A stretch of DNA of 42,169 nucleotides from a virus (lineage: Duplodnaviria > Heunggongvirae > Uroviricota > Caudoviricetes), in the IMG/VR virus record IMGVR_UViG_2541047917_000006, positions 1 through 42,169 of that record; one strand, 5' to 3'. The notes beneath the pieces were generated by a model. It saw only the letters and a list, made by a program, of their open reading frames with translations, ran no database searches and had not been told where the DNA came from. The position numbers were made by a program, and so were the translations under genes. Below are positions 28,714 through 38,378 of the stretch, piece by piece. Each line of letters starts with the position of its first letter. Position 1 is the stretch's first letter.

Positions 28714-29259
28714 ATGTTGAGTGAAAACGCAAAAGATATTCCTGGATATGAAGGTTTATATGCCGTAACAGAGGATGGGCGAGTATATTCTCACTCACGT
28801 GTTGTTAAGGCTGCGCATGGCAGCACGCAACTCAGAAAGGGGCGCTGGTTAAAACAACACGAGAATAATAAAGGTTATCTATATTTGCCACTTAGTGTTG
28901 ATGGAGTTAAAGTAAAATGGCTTGTGCATAGACTTGTCGCTCTTGCTTTCGTCCCCAATCCAGAAGGCAAGCCGTTCATAAATCACATAGATAACAACCG
29001 AAAAAATAATAATGCTTCTAATTTAGAGTGGTGTACTCAAAAGGAGAATATGAAGCATTGCTCATCTCAAGGCAGGGTGAAGTTTCCGGCTTTAAAAGGA
29101 GAAAATAATCCAATTTCAAAGCTCTCATATGAGCAAGTAATAGAAATAAAGAAATCAAAGGGAGTTAATCAAAGAGAGCTTGCTAAAAAATACTGTGTCA
29201 GTCAGACGGTGATTCACAATATCCAGTCTGGTAAATCGTGGAGGCATGTTAATGGCTGA
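28714..29259 (+). CDS. HNH homing endonuclease (NUMOD4 + HNH + HTH)
   Basis: [18 protein letters not shown] (NUMOD4-like), [24 protein letters not shown] (HNH), C-terminal [21 protein letters not shown]-rich insert between gp10 and gp26. Confidence 0.85.
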   Translation: MLSENAKDIPGYEGLYAVTEDGRVYSHSRVVKAAHGSTQLRKGRWLKQHENNKGYLYLPLSVDGVKVKWLVHRLVALAFVPNPEGKPFINHIDNNRKNNNASNLEWCTQKENMKHCSSQGRVKFPALKGENNPISKLSYEQVIEIKKSKGVNQRELAKKYCVSQTVIHNIQSGKSWRHVNG

Positions 29260-29953
29260 TTCGAATCTCAATACACCTGTTGTGGTTCAGGCTACGCGGC
29301 TTGATGCTTCAATTTTGCCACGCAATATATTCAGCCAGTCTTACCTGCTGTATGTCATAAATCAGGGAGCTGATGTCGGTGCAATTGCTGGGAAGGCAAA
29401 TCAGGCTGGTCAGGGCGCTTACGATGCTCAGGTGAAAAACGATGAACAGGACGTCGAACTGGCTGACCACGATGCAAGAATCACCGCAAACACAAAAGCG
29501 ATAAATCTCCTTGAGGTCAGGTTAACAACCGCCGAAGGGAAGATAGTCGTACTGCGTAGCGATGTTGATTACTTGCTGGATGAGGTTATCGATATTCAGG
29601 CGCATCTGGTCACTGTTGACAAAAGACTGGATGGCGTAGAAAGCGATGTATCTGACATTAAGAGTGATTACGTATCGAAAACCGTAACAGAATCGCAGTC
29701 TCTTGCGTCACCGCTGGATGTAAAAACATCATATTCAGTTGATGGAATTCAGGTTGTTGGAGCAAGAAATACCGGATGGACTGCAGCCACGGGTACGCCA
29801 CTTCTTGGCTCATTCAACGCTAACCAGTCATACGCTGTCGGCAATACGTACACACAATCCGAAGTCGCAGCACTCGCTACAGGTTTGCAGCAGGCGCGGC
29901 AGCGTATTCTGGCGCTTGAAACGGCACTTAGATTACATGGGCTGATTGACTGA
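29252..29953 (+). CDS. Tail needle protein (P22 gp26-like), 233 aa
   Basis: [36 protein letters not shown]... and C-terminal [23 protein letters not shown] parallel P22 gp26. Confidence 0.9.
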   Translation: MADSNLNTPVVVQATRLDASILPRNIFSQSYLLYVINQGADVGAIAGKANQAGQGAYDAQVKNDEQDVELADHDARITANTKAINLLEVRLTTAEGKIVVLRSDVDYLLDEVIDIQAHLVTVDKRLDGVESDVSDIKSDYVSKTVTESQSLASPLDVKTSYSVDGIQVVGARNTGWTAATGTPLLGSFNANQSYAVGNTYTQSEVAALATGLQQARQRILALETALRLHGLID

Positions 29954-30408
29954 TGATTACATTCAAACCAACGCGAAACATCGACCTGATAGAAGCTGTC
30001 GGAAATCACCCTGACATTATTGCCGGGAGCAACAACGGTGATGGATACGACTACAAGCCTGAATGCCGTTACTTTGAGGTTAACGTGCACGGTCAGTTTG
30101 GCGGCATTGTTTACTATCAGGAGATTCAGCCGCTTACATTCGATTGCCACGCCATGTACCTGCCAGAGGTTCGCGGATTCAGCAAGGAAATCGGGCTGGC
30201 GTTCTGGCGATACATTCTGACTAACACCACCGTTCAGTGCGTCACATCGTTCGCTGCACGCAAATTCCGCCACGGGCAGATGTACTGCGCAATGATTGGC
30301 CTTAAGCGTGTCGGAACCATCAAGAAATACTTCAAGGGCGTGGATGACGTGACGTTTTACAGCGCCACACGTGAAGAACTAATCGACTTCCTGAATCACG
30401 GGAGATAG
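29953..30408 (+). CDS. Tail accessory / ejection-associated protein (P22 gp14-like)
   Basis: 151-aa ORF in the gp14 position. Confidence 0.75.
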   Translation: MITFKPTRNIDLIEAVGNHPDIIAGSNNGDGYDYKPECRYFEVNVHGQFGGIVYYQEIQPLTFDCHAMYLPEVRGFSKEIGLAFWRYILTNTTVQCVTSFAARKFRHGQMYCAMIGLKRVGTIKKYFKGVDDVTFYSATREELIDFLNHGR

Positions 30409-30410
30409 CC

Positions 30411-31100
30411 ATGTTATATGCATTTAAGCTGGGCAGAAAACTGCGCGGCGAGGAACCTTATTGCCCTGAAAAAGGCGGGAAAGGTGGCTCTGATAAAAGT
30501 GCAAAGTATGCCGCAGAAGCTCAGAAGTATGCCGCAGACCTGCAAAATCAGCAGTTCAACACCATCATGAACAACCTGAAGCCGTTTACTCCTCTGGCTG
30601 ATAAGTATGTCGGCAGCCTCGAGAACTTATCGTCTCTGGAAGGGCAAGGTCAGGCACTTAACCAGTATTACAACTCTCAGCAGTACAAAGATCTTGCTGG
30701 TCAGGCTCGCTATCAGAGTCTGGCGGCAGCGGAAGCAACAGGTGGATTGGGTTCCACTGCAACCGGTAATCAGTTAGCAACAATCGCACCAACGCTTGGT
30801 CAGCAATGGCTATCTGGTCAGATGAACAACTACCAGAATCTGGCAAATATTGGTCTTGGTGCGCTTCAGGGGCAGGCAAATGCCGAGCAAACATATGCCA
30901 ACAACATGAGTCAGATTTCACAGCAAAGCGCGGCGCTGGCTGCGGCAAACGCCAACCGACCGTCAGCATTGCAGCAGGGGGTTAGTGGTGCTGCATCCGG
31001 TGCGCTTTTGGGTGGTGGCATAGCCAGTGCTCTCGAGCTATCAACTCCGTGGGGTGCTGGTATCGGTGCTGGTCTTGGTCTGCTTGGCTCGTTGTTTTAA
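30411..31100 (+). CDS. Ejection protein (P22 gp7-like), 229 aa
   Basis: Size and position match P22 gp7; Gln/Ala/Gly-rich. Confidence 0.75.
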   Translation: MLYAFKLGRKLRGEEPYCPEKGGKGGSDKSAKYAAEAQKYAADLQNQQFNTIMNNLKPFTPLADKYVGSLENLSSLEGQGQALNQYYNSQQYKDLAGQARYQSLAAAEATGGLGSTATGNQLATIAPTLGQQWLSGQMNNYQNLANIGLGALQGQANAEQTYANNMSQISQQSAALAAANANRPSALQQGVSGAASGALLGGGIASALELSTPWGAGIGAGLGLLGSLF

Positions 31101-31110
31101 GGGGTAATCA

Positions 31111-32454
31111 ATGGCTACGTGGCAACAGGGTATTAATTCTGGTGGGTTTCTTGCTGGCATCGGTGCGCAAAATGAGAATGCGCCAAAGGCAAGCGACATT
31201 AATGCAACGCTTGGTCTGATCCGCGAAAACAATGAACTGGCTCGCTCAGGTGCAAATAACGTTGGTCTGACCGCGTTACGTGGTCTGGCTGGAGTTGCTG
31301 ATATTTACAATCAGGAACAGCAACAGAAAGCGATTAGTGCGTTCAATAAGGTTCATGCTGATGCATGGGCTTCTGGTGATCCATCGGGACTATTTAAGTT
31401 TGCCAAGGAAAATCCAGCGTTTGTTGCGCAGGCACAACAGGCATTTTCCGGTCTTAATGAGCAGCAACGCAACGATATGGGCGATTTAGCCATGAGAGCT
31501 AACGTCGCTCTTTCTCAGGGACCGGAAGCCTACAGTAAATTCATTACTGACAACAAGGACAGGTTAAATCGCGTTGGTGCTAATGCTGACTGGATGATTC
31601 AGACAGGTATCCAGAATCCAGAGCAGCTATCACACATGCTGACTACTATGACGCTAGGGGCTGTTGGTCCGGATAAAATGCTGGATTATCAGGATAAGAT
31701 GGTTGGTCGCCAACTAGAGAAAGGGCGATTGGATGAAAGCATCCGTCAGGCTGATATGGAGAATGCGAGAGGATGGGCAAATATCCAGAACGCTCAACTA
31801 GACAGGGCTCAGCGGGCACAAATGCACTCAGATGAGATGGGATTGAAGCTAATGGAGCTGGGGCAAAAAGGTAAGCCGTCAGCAGACTTAATTAAGGGAT
31901 TAAATTCTGATATTACCAATTTTGGCAAAAATTATAACTCTGTCAGAGCGGCGGCAAACTCTCTGCAAGCCCTTAGCAAGGTAAATACTGGCGCTGCCCA
32001 ACTTGGGATTATCTTTAATTACATGAAGTCTCTCGACCCTCAGTCAGTTGTTCGCGAAGGTGAACAGGTTCAGGTCATGCGCTCTGATGGCATATGGGGG
32101 CAGATAAAAGGATATGTAGACCAGCTTAATGCAGGGAATGGCTTGTCACAGGAAGCGAGGGATAACATTGTTAACGCAGCCAAAATTAACGCCAACGCTA
32201 TGGGGCAGCAGTTTAACCAGCAGGTAGACGAATATCTGGATACGTATGGAGATACTATTCCTCAAGGGCTGAAAAAAAGCTTAGGGAGAAGGAAGGCCAA
32301 GCTATTTGACGATGTCCCAGCGCAGCCTACACCACAAGGTGGTAATGGGCAGACAAAAGCTGCGCCAAGTGGGATATCAGAAGGCGCGACGGCAACGAAC
32401 CCTAAAACTGGTCAGAAACTCATTTATAGGAACGGACAATGGCAACCGATGTAG
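31111..32454 (+). CDS. Ejection protein (P22 gp20-like), 447 aa
   Basis: Position and size. Confidence 0.75.
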   Translation: MATWQQGINSGGFLAGIGAQNENAPKASDINATLGLIRENNELARSGANNVGLTALRGLAGVADIYNQEQQQKAISAFNKVHADAWASGDPSGLFKFAKENPAFVAQAQQAFSGLNEQQRNDMGDLAMRANVALSQGPEAYSKFITDNKDRLNRVGANADWMIQTGIQNPEQLSHMLTTMTLGAVGPDKMLDYQDKMVGRQLEKGRLDESIRQADMENARGWANIQNAQLDRAQRAQMHSDEMGLKLMELGQKGKPSADLIKGLNSDITNFGKNYNSVRAAANSLQALSKVNTGAAQLGIIFNYMKSLDPQSVVREGEQVQVMRSDGIWGQIKGYVDQLNAGNGLSQEARDNIVNAAKINANAMGQQFNQQVDEYLDTYGDTIPQGLKKSLGRRKAKLFDDVPAQPTPQGGNGQTKAAPSGISEGATATNPKTGQKLIYRNGQWQPM

Positions 32455-34562
32455 GTTTACCCGAAGGATTTGTTCTCGATAATCAGCCTGATAACTCACA
32501 GCTTCCTGATGGTTTTGTGCTTGATTCCCAACCAGAGCAGCAGCAATCACCTTTGGTTTCACCAGAGGAAAACTCCAGACAGGAAAATGTTGTTAATAAT
32601 GCTAACGGCTTCGACCGTTTTATGTATGGCGTTCTCAGTGGATTGATGGATGTTGGTAAAGGTGTTGGTCTATTTCAGGATATGACACCAGAAGAGCAAG
32701 CCGCAATTCAGTCTCTACAGCAGAAGTTAGCGGCAAAACCATCAACCGCACAAGATGTTGGTGAGTTCGTTGGACAAGCAGCACCATTTGTTAGTGGTGG
32801 TGGGATTATTTCTCAGGTTCCGAAAGGGGCGGCAAGGCTGGCTGCCGCCGCAGGGCTTGGTGCTGGAGAAGGGGCTATTGTAGCCAATGGAACAAATAGC
32901 GATGTTGCTTCTGGAGCTGCTATTGGCGCTGTGGCTGGCCCTGTAGCAGAGATTGTTGGTCCAGCGCTTGGGAAGATTGCAGGAAAAATTAAAAATAGTG
33001 CCGGAGATATTTATCGCTCATCCGTAGGGATGGGTAGTAAATCATCTAAAGCAACGTTAAAGAAAGCTGCTGGCGCAATGGACAATAAATTTATCGGCGG
33101 GCAACGAGCTATTCAAGATTTCGCCGATGAAGTTAATCCTGATTTTAACGCGATAAATGCTATTCGTGAGCTAGAACTGGAAAATTATGCCACTCCAGGC
33201 ATGATCTCTAATAATCCTGCTGTCAGGGCTCTTGATAATGCAGTGGCAAGTCTCCCTGGAACAGAGATTAGTGAGGCGCATAAGCGTTTTATTACTGAAT
33301 TAGGAAGAAAAGCTGATGAAATGATAACTTCATTTGGGGGAAGCCTTGATAAGCAACTGGTTTCTGACAGGCTTGCAGATAATTTTGATAAAACCATTTC
33401 ATCATTACAAAATCAGTCAGATAACATCTACAACAAAATTGCCGAAAAGGTTCCTGTAAGAGACCGGATTGAGGCAACTAATACATTGAATTTTTTAGAG
33501 GATTTTGCTGATGATATAGGTGGAATTGATGAATTATCTCCAATAATGAAGCGGACATTGAACCGACTTGATCCAAACACCTTGCCAACGTATGGGCGTT
33601 TAGATCTCGCTAGAAAGCAGGTTGGACAAGCTATTGGCAAAGGCTCTGGTCCATTCAAGGATGAAGAAACAGGTGTTCTTAAAAAGTTATATGCAGCCAT
33701 AACAGATGACCAACAGGCTGTCGCAGAAAAATATGGCGCAGGGGAATTATGGACGCTTGGTAAGGAGTTGGTAAAAAAACGAAAATCCATTGAAGATGAT
33801 GCTGTAACCGTCTTGGGTAGAAAACTTCAGCAATCAGCAATTCCAAAAGTTGAAAGTGCTGTTGTTAATATGGCAAAAGGAAACGGTGGCGACTTTAGGC
33901 AATTAATGAAGTCGATTCCAAAGGATATGCGGCAGGAAGTTGCGCTCACCTCAATGAATAAAGCATTTACCAGCTATGCCAAATCACCTGGTCAGCAATT
34001 AGGAGTTGATGGATTTGTAAAATGGTATAACGGAATGTCACGCAATGGGGCCAATATGAAGGCTCTCCGTGATGCTATTGGCACAGATGCATCAAAGCGC
34101 CTTGATACGATTTATCAAGCAGCTAAGGCTATGAATAGACTCAATACTGGTAAGCAGTATGCTAGTAGTCTTGTGGATCAGCAAGTTAATAACTTTCTGA
34201 AAGAAAAGGGTAGTCTCGCAAAAATTTATGGAATAGCCTCAAAAGCTGCTGCGGCGGAAGGTATTACAAGCTTATCTGGTCTTCCTGGTGTAGGTGCAAC
34301 AGGGGTGATAACGTCAGCATTGATGTCAGGGAAAACAAGCAGGATAAAGGCTGCTGATGCTCTACTGTCTTCTCCTGAGTTTAAATCAATGCTATTTCGC
34401 CTGCAAAACGCACCAGTAGACAGAGCAGAAGTGAGACGCGTAATAGAAAGGAAACTGATGCAATCTGGGGCATTTAAGAGATGGGAGAAAACCTTATCAA
34501 CAGATGAAGCAAAAACCATTGCCCGCACGGGGATTATTACATGGCTCGCTAGTGACAGTTAG
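32439..34562 (+). CDS. Ejection protein (P22 gp16-like), 707 aa
   Basis: Position and size; last gene of the ejection-protein block. Confidence 0.75.
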   Translation: MATDVGLPEGFVLDNQPDNSQLPDGFVLDSQPEQQQSPLVSPEENSRQENVVNNANGFDRFMYGVLSGLMDVGKGVGLFQDMTPEEQAAIQSLQQKLAAKPSTAQDVGEFVGQAAPFVSGGGIISQVPKGAARLAAAAGLGAGEGAIVANGTNSDVASGAAIGAVAGPVAEIVGPALGKIAGKIKNSAGDIYRSSVGMGSKSSKATLKKAAGAMDNKFIGGQRAIQDFADEVNPDFNAINAIRELELENYATPGMISNNPAVRALDNAVASLPGTEISEAHKRFITELGRKADEMITSFGGSLDKQLVSDRLADNFDKTISSLQNQSDNIYNKIAEKVPVRDRIEATNTLNFLEDFADDIGGIDELSPIMKRTLNRLDPNTLPTYGRLDLARKQVGQAIGKGSGPFKDEETGVLKKLYAAITDDQQAVAEKYGAGELWTLGKELVKKRKSIEDDAVTVLGRKLQQSAIPKVESAVVNMAKGNGGDFRQLMKSIPKDMRQEVALTSMNKAFTSYAKSPGQQLGVDGFVKWYNGMSRNGANMKALRDAIGTDASKRLDTIYQAAKAMNRLNTGKQYASSLVDQQVNNFLKEKGSLAKIYGIASKAAAAEGITSLSGLPGVGATGVITSALMSGKTSRIKAADALLSSPEFKSMLFRLQNAPVDRAEVRRVIERKLMQSGAFKRWEKTLSTDEAKTIARTGIITWLASDS

Positions 34563-34786
34563 TCAACTTTGGTTATTTTGCCTTCTTTTTCTTGATGAAC
34601 TTTGCATCCATCGTCTTTTGATAGCCAAACTAAAAACTTTAAAACCTTAAACACAAGTACGGCTACTGCAATGAAAGCACCAATTGCAATTATTGCAAGC
34701 GAAATTATTTGCATTGGTGCTTTTAATGCAGGGAAAATAGTGTAAATGATCGCGAAAACAGTAATTATGAGGAACCATCGCTTCAC
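34559..34786 (-). CDS. Small two-helix membrane protein, 75 aa, low-GC moron
   Basis: GTG start five nt after AAGGAGG; strongly hydrophobic with AT-rich codons; convergent with and overlapping the gp16 stop. Confidence 0.6.
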   Translation of the reverse strand: MKRWFLIITVFAIIYTIFPALKAPMQIISLAIIAIGAFIAVAVLVFKVLKFLVWLSKDDGCKVHQEKEGKITKVD

Positions 34787-35160
34787 ACCAACCTCCTTAG
34801 TTTTGAGCAGGATACCAGATGATACTGTATTGGTGGAGTGGTGTGTGAAAACGTGTCAACGACAAACCATCCACAACTTGGACGAATGATTTAGCAAAAA
34901 GTGCTATTTTTGGTGTTTAGTGTCATAGAAAAGTGAATAGCTCACTTTTCAACATTGCATGAAACTTGCAGGAAATGTGACATTACCTTATAGGTAACTT
35001 CGGCGAAAATGCAGTAAATGTGAAACGTAATGGTTTAAACATGTCGCTAAAGTGGTTGTAAGTTAGCCTCCGAAGGATTGCTGATAGCTTTGTTATAGTA
35101 TTAAATGACATTTGACATAGTTGGATACTTAGCTGTGGCTATCAAGATGGAGGTGTGTTC

Positions 35161-35604
35161 ATGCTTACTTGTTTTGATGTCGCCGACTACTTCCTGTCGC
35201 GGTGTGACGAGGATAGCGGTGACACAATCTCTAATTTAAAATTACAAAAGCTTGTTTACTATGCTCAGGGTTTTTCATTGGCGTTGCTTGGCGAGCCTCT
35301 TTTTCAGAATAAGATGGAAGCTTGGATGCATGGCCCTGTTGTCCCTGAGCTTTATCGCCGTTATAAACAATATGGTAATGGCGCTATCCCTTCTCCAGAG
35401 TCTTTTGATGCTGAAAAATTCAGCGAAGAACAGTTAGAGCTATTAGAAGAAGTCTGGGATGTTTTTGGGCAATTTTCTGCCTGGAAACTGAGGAACATGA
35501 CACACGAAGAGTCACCATGGAGATCAAACTATATTGAGGGTGTTGGTGGTTCTGAAATTAGCTCTAAGGAGATGGCAGAGTACTTTGCAACTCGGATTAA
35601 CTAA
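35161..35604 (+). CDS. Panacea-domain (DUF4065) protein, PanA/SocA-like antitoxin candidate
   Basis: ATG after GGAGGTG; CFDVADYFL...ISNLKLQKLVYYAQGFSLALLGEPLF...EAWMHGPVVPELYRRYK fits the DUF4065 consensus as I recall it. Confidence 0.7.
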   Translation: MLTCFDVADYFLSRCDEDSGDTISNLKLQKLVYYAQGFSLALLGEPLFQNKMEAWMHGPVVPELYRRYKQYGNGAIPSPESFDAEKFSEEQLELLEEVWDVFGQFSAWKLRNMTHEESPWRSNYIEGVGGSEISSKEMAEYFATRIN

Positions 35605-35608
35605 CGAG

Positions 35609-36028
35609 ATGGCAAGAAAATCTAAAAGGATTATCCCCCCTGCTGAATCTACAGGTAAGTTAAAGTTAGGGCCGCAGTCAGGGGGGAATTCAGATCAAAA
35701 GAAACCGAAATTTTCATTCTGTTACATCCAAAGCTCTCACTGCATAACGAAATGCCAAAAAGATGAGAAAGCTGGCTTAGCTGATAAATTATACAGATTA
35801 AGTCAACTAACATGGGCAGAGATTAAGCAGCAAGGTAGGCATAAGCTTGGATTTGAGAAGATTGCAAGGGGTGCGATTAAAGCAGGTATCCCCAGTCATA
35901 TAACGGAAGACGTAGATCATTTCTTGGCTTTTAGATTTGATGATTTGAAAGCCATGGTTGGTTATCGTCTTGGATCGACATTTTTTGTTATATGGCTTGA
36001 TAGAGAGTTCAACCTATACAAGCACTAA
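35609..36028 (+). CDS. Unrecognised 139-aa partner of the Panacea-domain gene (toxin candidate)
   Basis: Start MARKSKR five nt after the upstream stop; Lys-rich N-terminus with C-x5-C-x3-C; beta-rich C-terminus ...GSTFFVIWLDREFNLYKH; followed by a strong terminator. Confidence 0.6.
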   Translation: MARKSKRIIPPAESTGKLKLGPQSGGNSDQKKPKFSFCYIQSSHCITKCQKDEKAGLADKLYRLSQLTWAEIKQQGRHKLGFEKIARGAIKAGIPSHITEDVDHFLAFRFDDLKAMVGYRLGSTFFVIWLDREFNLYKH

Positions 36029-36031
36029 TAA

Positions 36032-36057
36032 AACCCACCGTCAGGTGGGTTTTTTAT
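36032..36057. terminator. Bidirectional rho-independent terminator between convergent operons
   Basis: AACCCACC-GTCA-GGTGGGTT hairpin flanked by an A-run on the left and a T-run on the right. Confidence 0.75.
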
Positions 36058-36080
36058 AAGGAGTAATCATGATTTACCCA

Positions 36081-36617
36081 TCAAACAACCCACCAGTTTG
36101 CCTGATTGGATGCCAGCCTTGCAGTTTTTATGGAATTAATTATGCCATGCTCAAGAGCCTTGTTAGCATCCAAAATGGTCGAGTCTGCTATCAGGGATGC
36201 CCACCTAATATGGGTTCCGATGTCGATATTGAACGTCTCAACGAAGCGATCAAGATCGTTATCGAGGCATTTCCCGTACTCTCTCAATCTGGCATGGTCG
36301 GCGGCTGGGGTGGCAAAGCCCCATAATAGAGGATGTAACAGGAATCTTGATAATGGGTTTGCGAAACGTTCTGAGCCAGCCAGGAAAACGATATTAGCTA
36401 TGGATTCAACATTGCTTATGTTGTGAGTTCTAACGGTAACAGGGAGTGACTTAAGAAAGTTATACGCAGTAAAGCCAGCGGCAGTTTCCCCTCCCTGACT
36501 TGATATATGGATATTTAATTCAGTTGCGCCCTGAGATAATGCGGTGAGACAGTGGTTCTGAAGTTGCCCAACAGTGGCAGTGTTAACGGGGCATAAGAAA
36601 TGAATTGTGTGCAGCAT
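36081..36617 (-). CDS. ClpP-fold serine protease-like protein, 178 aa
   Basis: ELNIHISSQGGETAAGFTAYNFLKSLPVTVRTHNISNVESIANIVFLAGSERFANPLSRFLLHPL aligns by eye with E. coli ClpP ([67 protein letters not shown]), including the Ser and His positions; start ATG overlaps the Mnt-like stop (TAATG). Confidence 0.65.
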   Translation of the reverse strand: MLHTIHFLCPVNTATVGQLQNHCLTALSQGATELNIHISSQGGETAAGFTAYNFLKSLPVTVRTHNISNVESIANIVFLAGSERFANPLSRFLLHPLLWGFATPAADHARLREYGKCLDNDLDRFVETFNIDIGTHIRWASLIADSTILDANKALEHGIINSIKTARLASNQANWWVV

Positions 36618-36865
36618 TATTTTTCATCCTTACCATACATGGTCTTTAGCGTCTCAAGCAGCGCCTCTTTGAATTTGTCAGCTTCTTGCTGAGCAAATGA
36701 CTCAACTGACTTTGGCGACCTATCTTCATCAATCGCGGCTTGCAAAATCATGACGATCTCGGAGTTAACAGAGCGACCATTTTTTGATGCTCTGACAGAA
36801 AGAGCCTCGCGTAAAGATTCAGGGATTCTTACCGTAGTTGGAGAAATTGACACACCCTTTGCCAT
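36617..36865 (-). CDS. mnt: Mnt-like ribbon-helix-helix repressor, 82 aa
   Basis: NGRSVNSEI motif and overall similarity to P22 Mnt (...ANGRSMNSEL...); same size as P22 Mnt; divergent from the arc-ant operon. Confidence 0.8.
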   Translation of the reverse strand: MAKGVSISPTTVRIPESLREALSVRASKNGRSVNSEIVMILQAAIDEDRSPKSVESFAQQEADKFKEALLETLKTMYGKDEK

Positions 36866-36979
36866 ATCACACCTTTGGTATTCAATTTGATATCAAAGTG
36901 TATGCAAAAAAATTTTGACTAGATATACTCACTTTGCTATCTTTTGTATTCGGAAAGAGTTGTTTGTGGGGAGGGTAAC

Positions 36980-37132
36980 ATGGAGAAAGAAATAAGTAAG
37001 ATTTTGGTAAGGATGCCGCAGTCGTTAAAGGATGCTATCGGTAGCAGGGCAAAGGAAGAGTGCAGGTCGTTTAACTCAGAGGTTATCAAGCGCCTGATAG
37101 ACAGCCTGAAGAGAGAGGGGGTAGTGGTATGA
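36980..37132 (+). CDS. arc: Arc-like ribbon-helix-helix repressor, 50 aa
   Basis: Start reassigned to MEKEISKILVRMPQSLKDAIGSRAKEECRSFNSEV, parallels P22 Arc (FNLRWPREVLDLVRKVAEENGRSVNSEI). Confidence 0.75.
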   Translation: MEKEISKILVRMPQSLKDAIGSRAKEECRSFNSEVIKRLIDSLKREGVVV

Positions 37133-37320
37133 AAAACCGCAGATGTTGTTTTTGTGGGTGTAGTAAAGAAACGACTGGAAGGGGCTTTGTTGTGTCAAAA
37201 AATACCGAAGAAGCAATTTGTGACTCATGCGTTACAGATATTGTTATTTTCATGCATGGCGAGAAGGGGTTAGATGAAAAGCTAGAGAGTATTCCAGTTG
37301 AAGGCGCTGATAAAAGTTGA
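37129..37320 (+). CDS. Small Cys-rich protein with ClpX-zinc-finger-like motif, 63 aa
   Basis: ATG overlaps the arc stop (ATGA) after [17 protein letters not shown]...AICDSCV resembles the ClpX zinc-binding domain C-x2-C...C-x2-C pattern. Confidence 0.6.
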   Translation: MKNRRCCFCGCSKETTGRGFVVSKNTEEAICDSCVTDIVIFMHGEKGLDEKLESIPVEGADKS

Positions 37321-37382
37321 AGCCCCAACTGCTGGAACAGTCAGGGCTTCGGTTGTCGGTAAATCCGTGGAGAAAAACCAAC

Positions 37383-38285
37383 ATGAATAGTATAGCAATT
37401 TTAGAAGCAGTGAACACCTCTTACGTGCCTTTCAATGGTCAGCATATTTTAACCGCTGTGGCTGCCGGAGTGACTTATGTAGCGATGCGTCAAATTGTGG
37501 AAAACATTGGTATAGACTGGACTGGTCAATCTGTTAAGTTGCGTAAAATGAAGGACAAATTCAACTGTAGAGATATCTCTATGGTTGCCGCTGATGGCAA
37601 GTTACGTAAGCTTTTATGCATACCGCTGAAGAAACTCAATGGATGGCTGTTCAGCATCAACCCTGAGAAAGTTCGAGCTGACATCCGCGATAAACTGATT
37701 CAGTACCAGGAAGAATGCTTTACTGTGCTGCATGACTACTGGACGAAGGGAAAGGCAGAAAATGCACGTAAGAAAACATCTGTTGATGACAGGACTCCGC
37801 TTCGTGATGCTGTAAATATGCTGGTCAGCAAAAAGCATCTAATGTACCCAGAAGCTTATGCAATGATTCATCAGCGTTTCAATGTGGAAAGTATTGAAGA
37901 GCTTGATGCATCTCAGATACCGCAAGCAGTAGAGTACATCCACAGGGTAGTGCTTGAAGGTGAGTTCATCGGCAAACAAGAGAAGAAAGCAAACGAGCTT
38001 TCTGCAAAAGAAGCAAACAGCCTTGTATGGTTATGGGATTATGCCAACCGTTCACAGGCATTATTCCGCGAACTGTATCCGGCGCTGAAACAAATTCAAT
38101 CGAACTATTCCGGCAGATGCTACGACTACGGTCATGAATTCTCGTATGTTATCGGAATGGCGAGAGACGTTTTAATAAACCACACACGAGATGTTGATAT
38201 TAATGAGCCAGACGGACCAACGAATCTTTCCGCATGGATGAGACTTAAGAATAAAGAATTACCTCCTTCAGTACATAACTACTGA
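37383..38285 (+). CDS. ant: Antirepressor Ant, 300 aa
   Basis: Start reassigned to [30 protein letters not shown]; size and position match P22 Ant downstream of arc. Confidence 0.8.
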   Translation: MNSIAILEAVNTSYVPFNGQHILTAVAAGVTYVAMRQIVENIGIDWTGQSVKLRKMKDKFNCRDISMVAADGKLRKLLCIPLKKLNGWLFSINPEKVRADIRDKLIQYQEECFTVLHDYWTKGKAENARKKTSVDDRTPLRDAVNMLVSKKHLMYPEAYAMIHQRFNVESIEELDASQIPQAVEYIHRVVLEGEFIGKQEKKANELSAKEANSLVWLWDYANRSQALFRELYPALKQIQSNYSGRCYDYGHEFSYVIGMARDVLINHTRDVDINEPDGPTNLSAWMRLKNKELPPSVHNY

Positions 38286-38378
38286 TAGATAACCAACGCA
38301 ACGACCGAGCCTGTACATAGATTTGTGTAATTGCCTGATTTTGATATGTTCAATCCAGCATCAAATGAAGGTTAATTT

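Noticed and set aside
36069-36326. Plus-strand 85-aa ORF with a very good AAGGAG site, fully antisense to the ClpP-like gene
   Set aside because: The minus-strand frame aligns motif-for-motif with the ClpP catalytic core and is translationally coupled to the Mnt-like gene, whereas this product is Pro/Cys/Gly-rich like a typical antisense frame. The AAGGAG is probably part of the terminator-flanking sequence. It remains the main alternative if the ClpP-like call fails.
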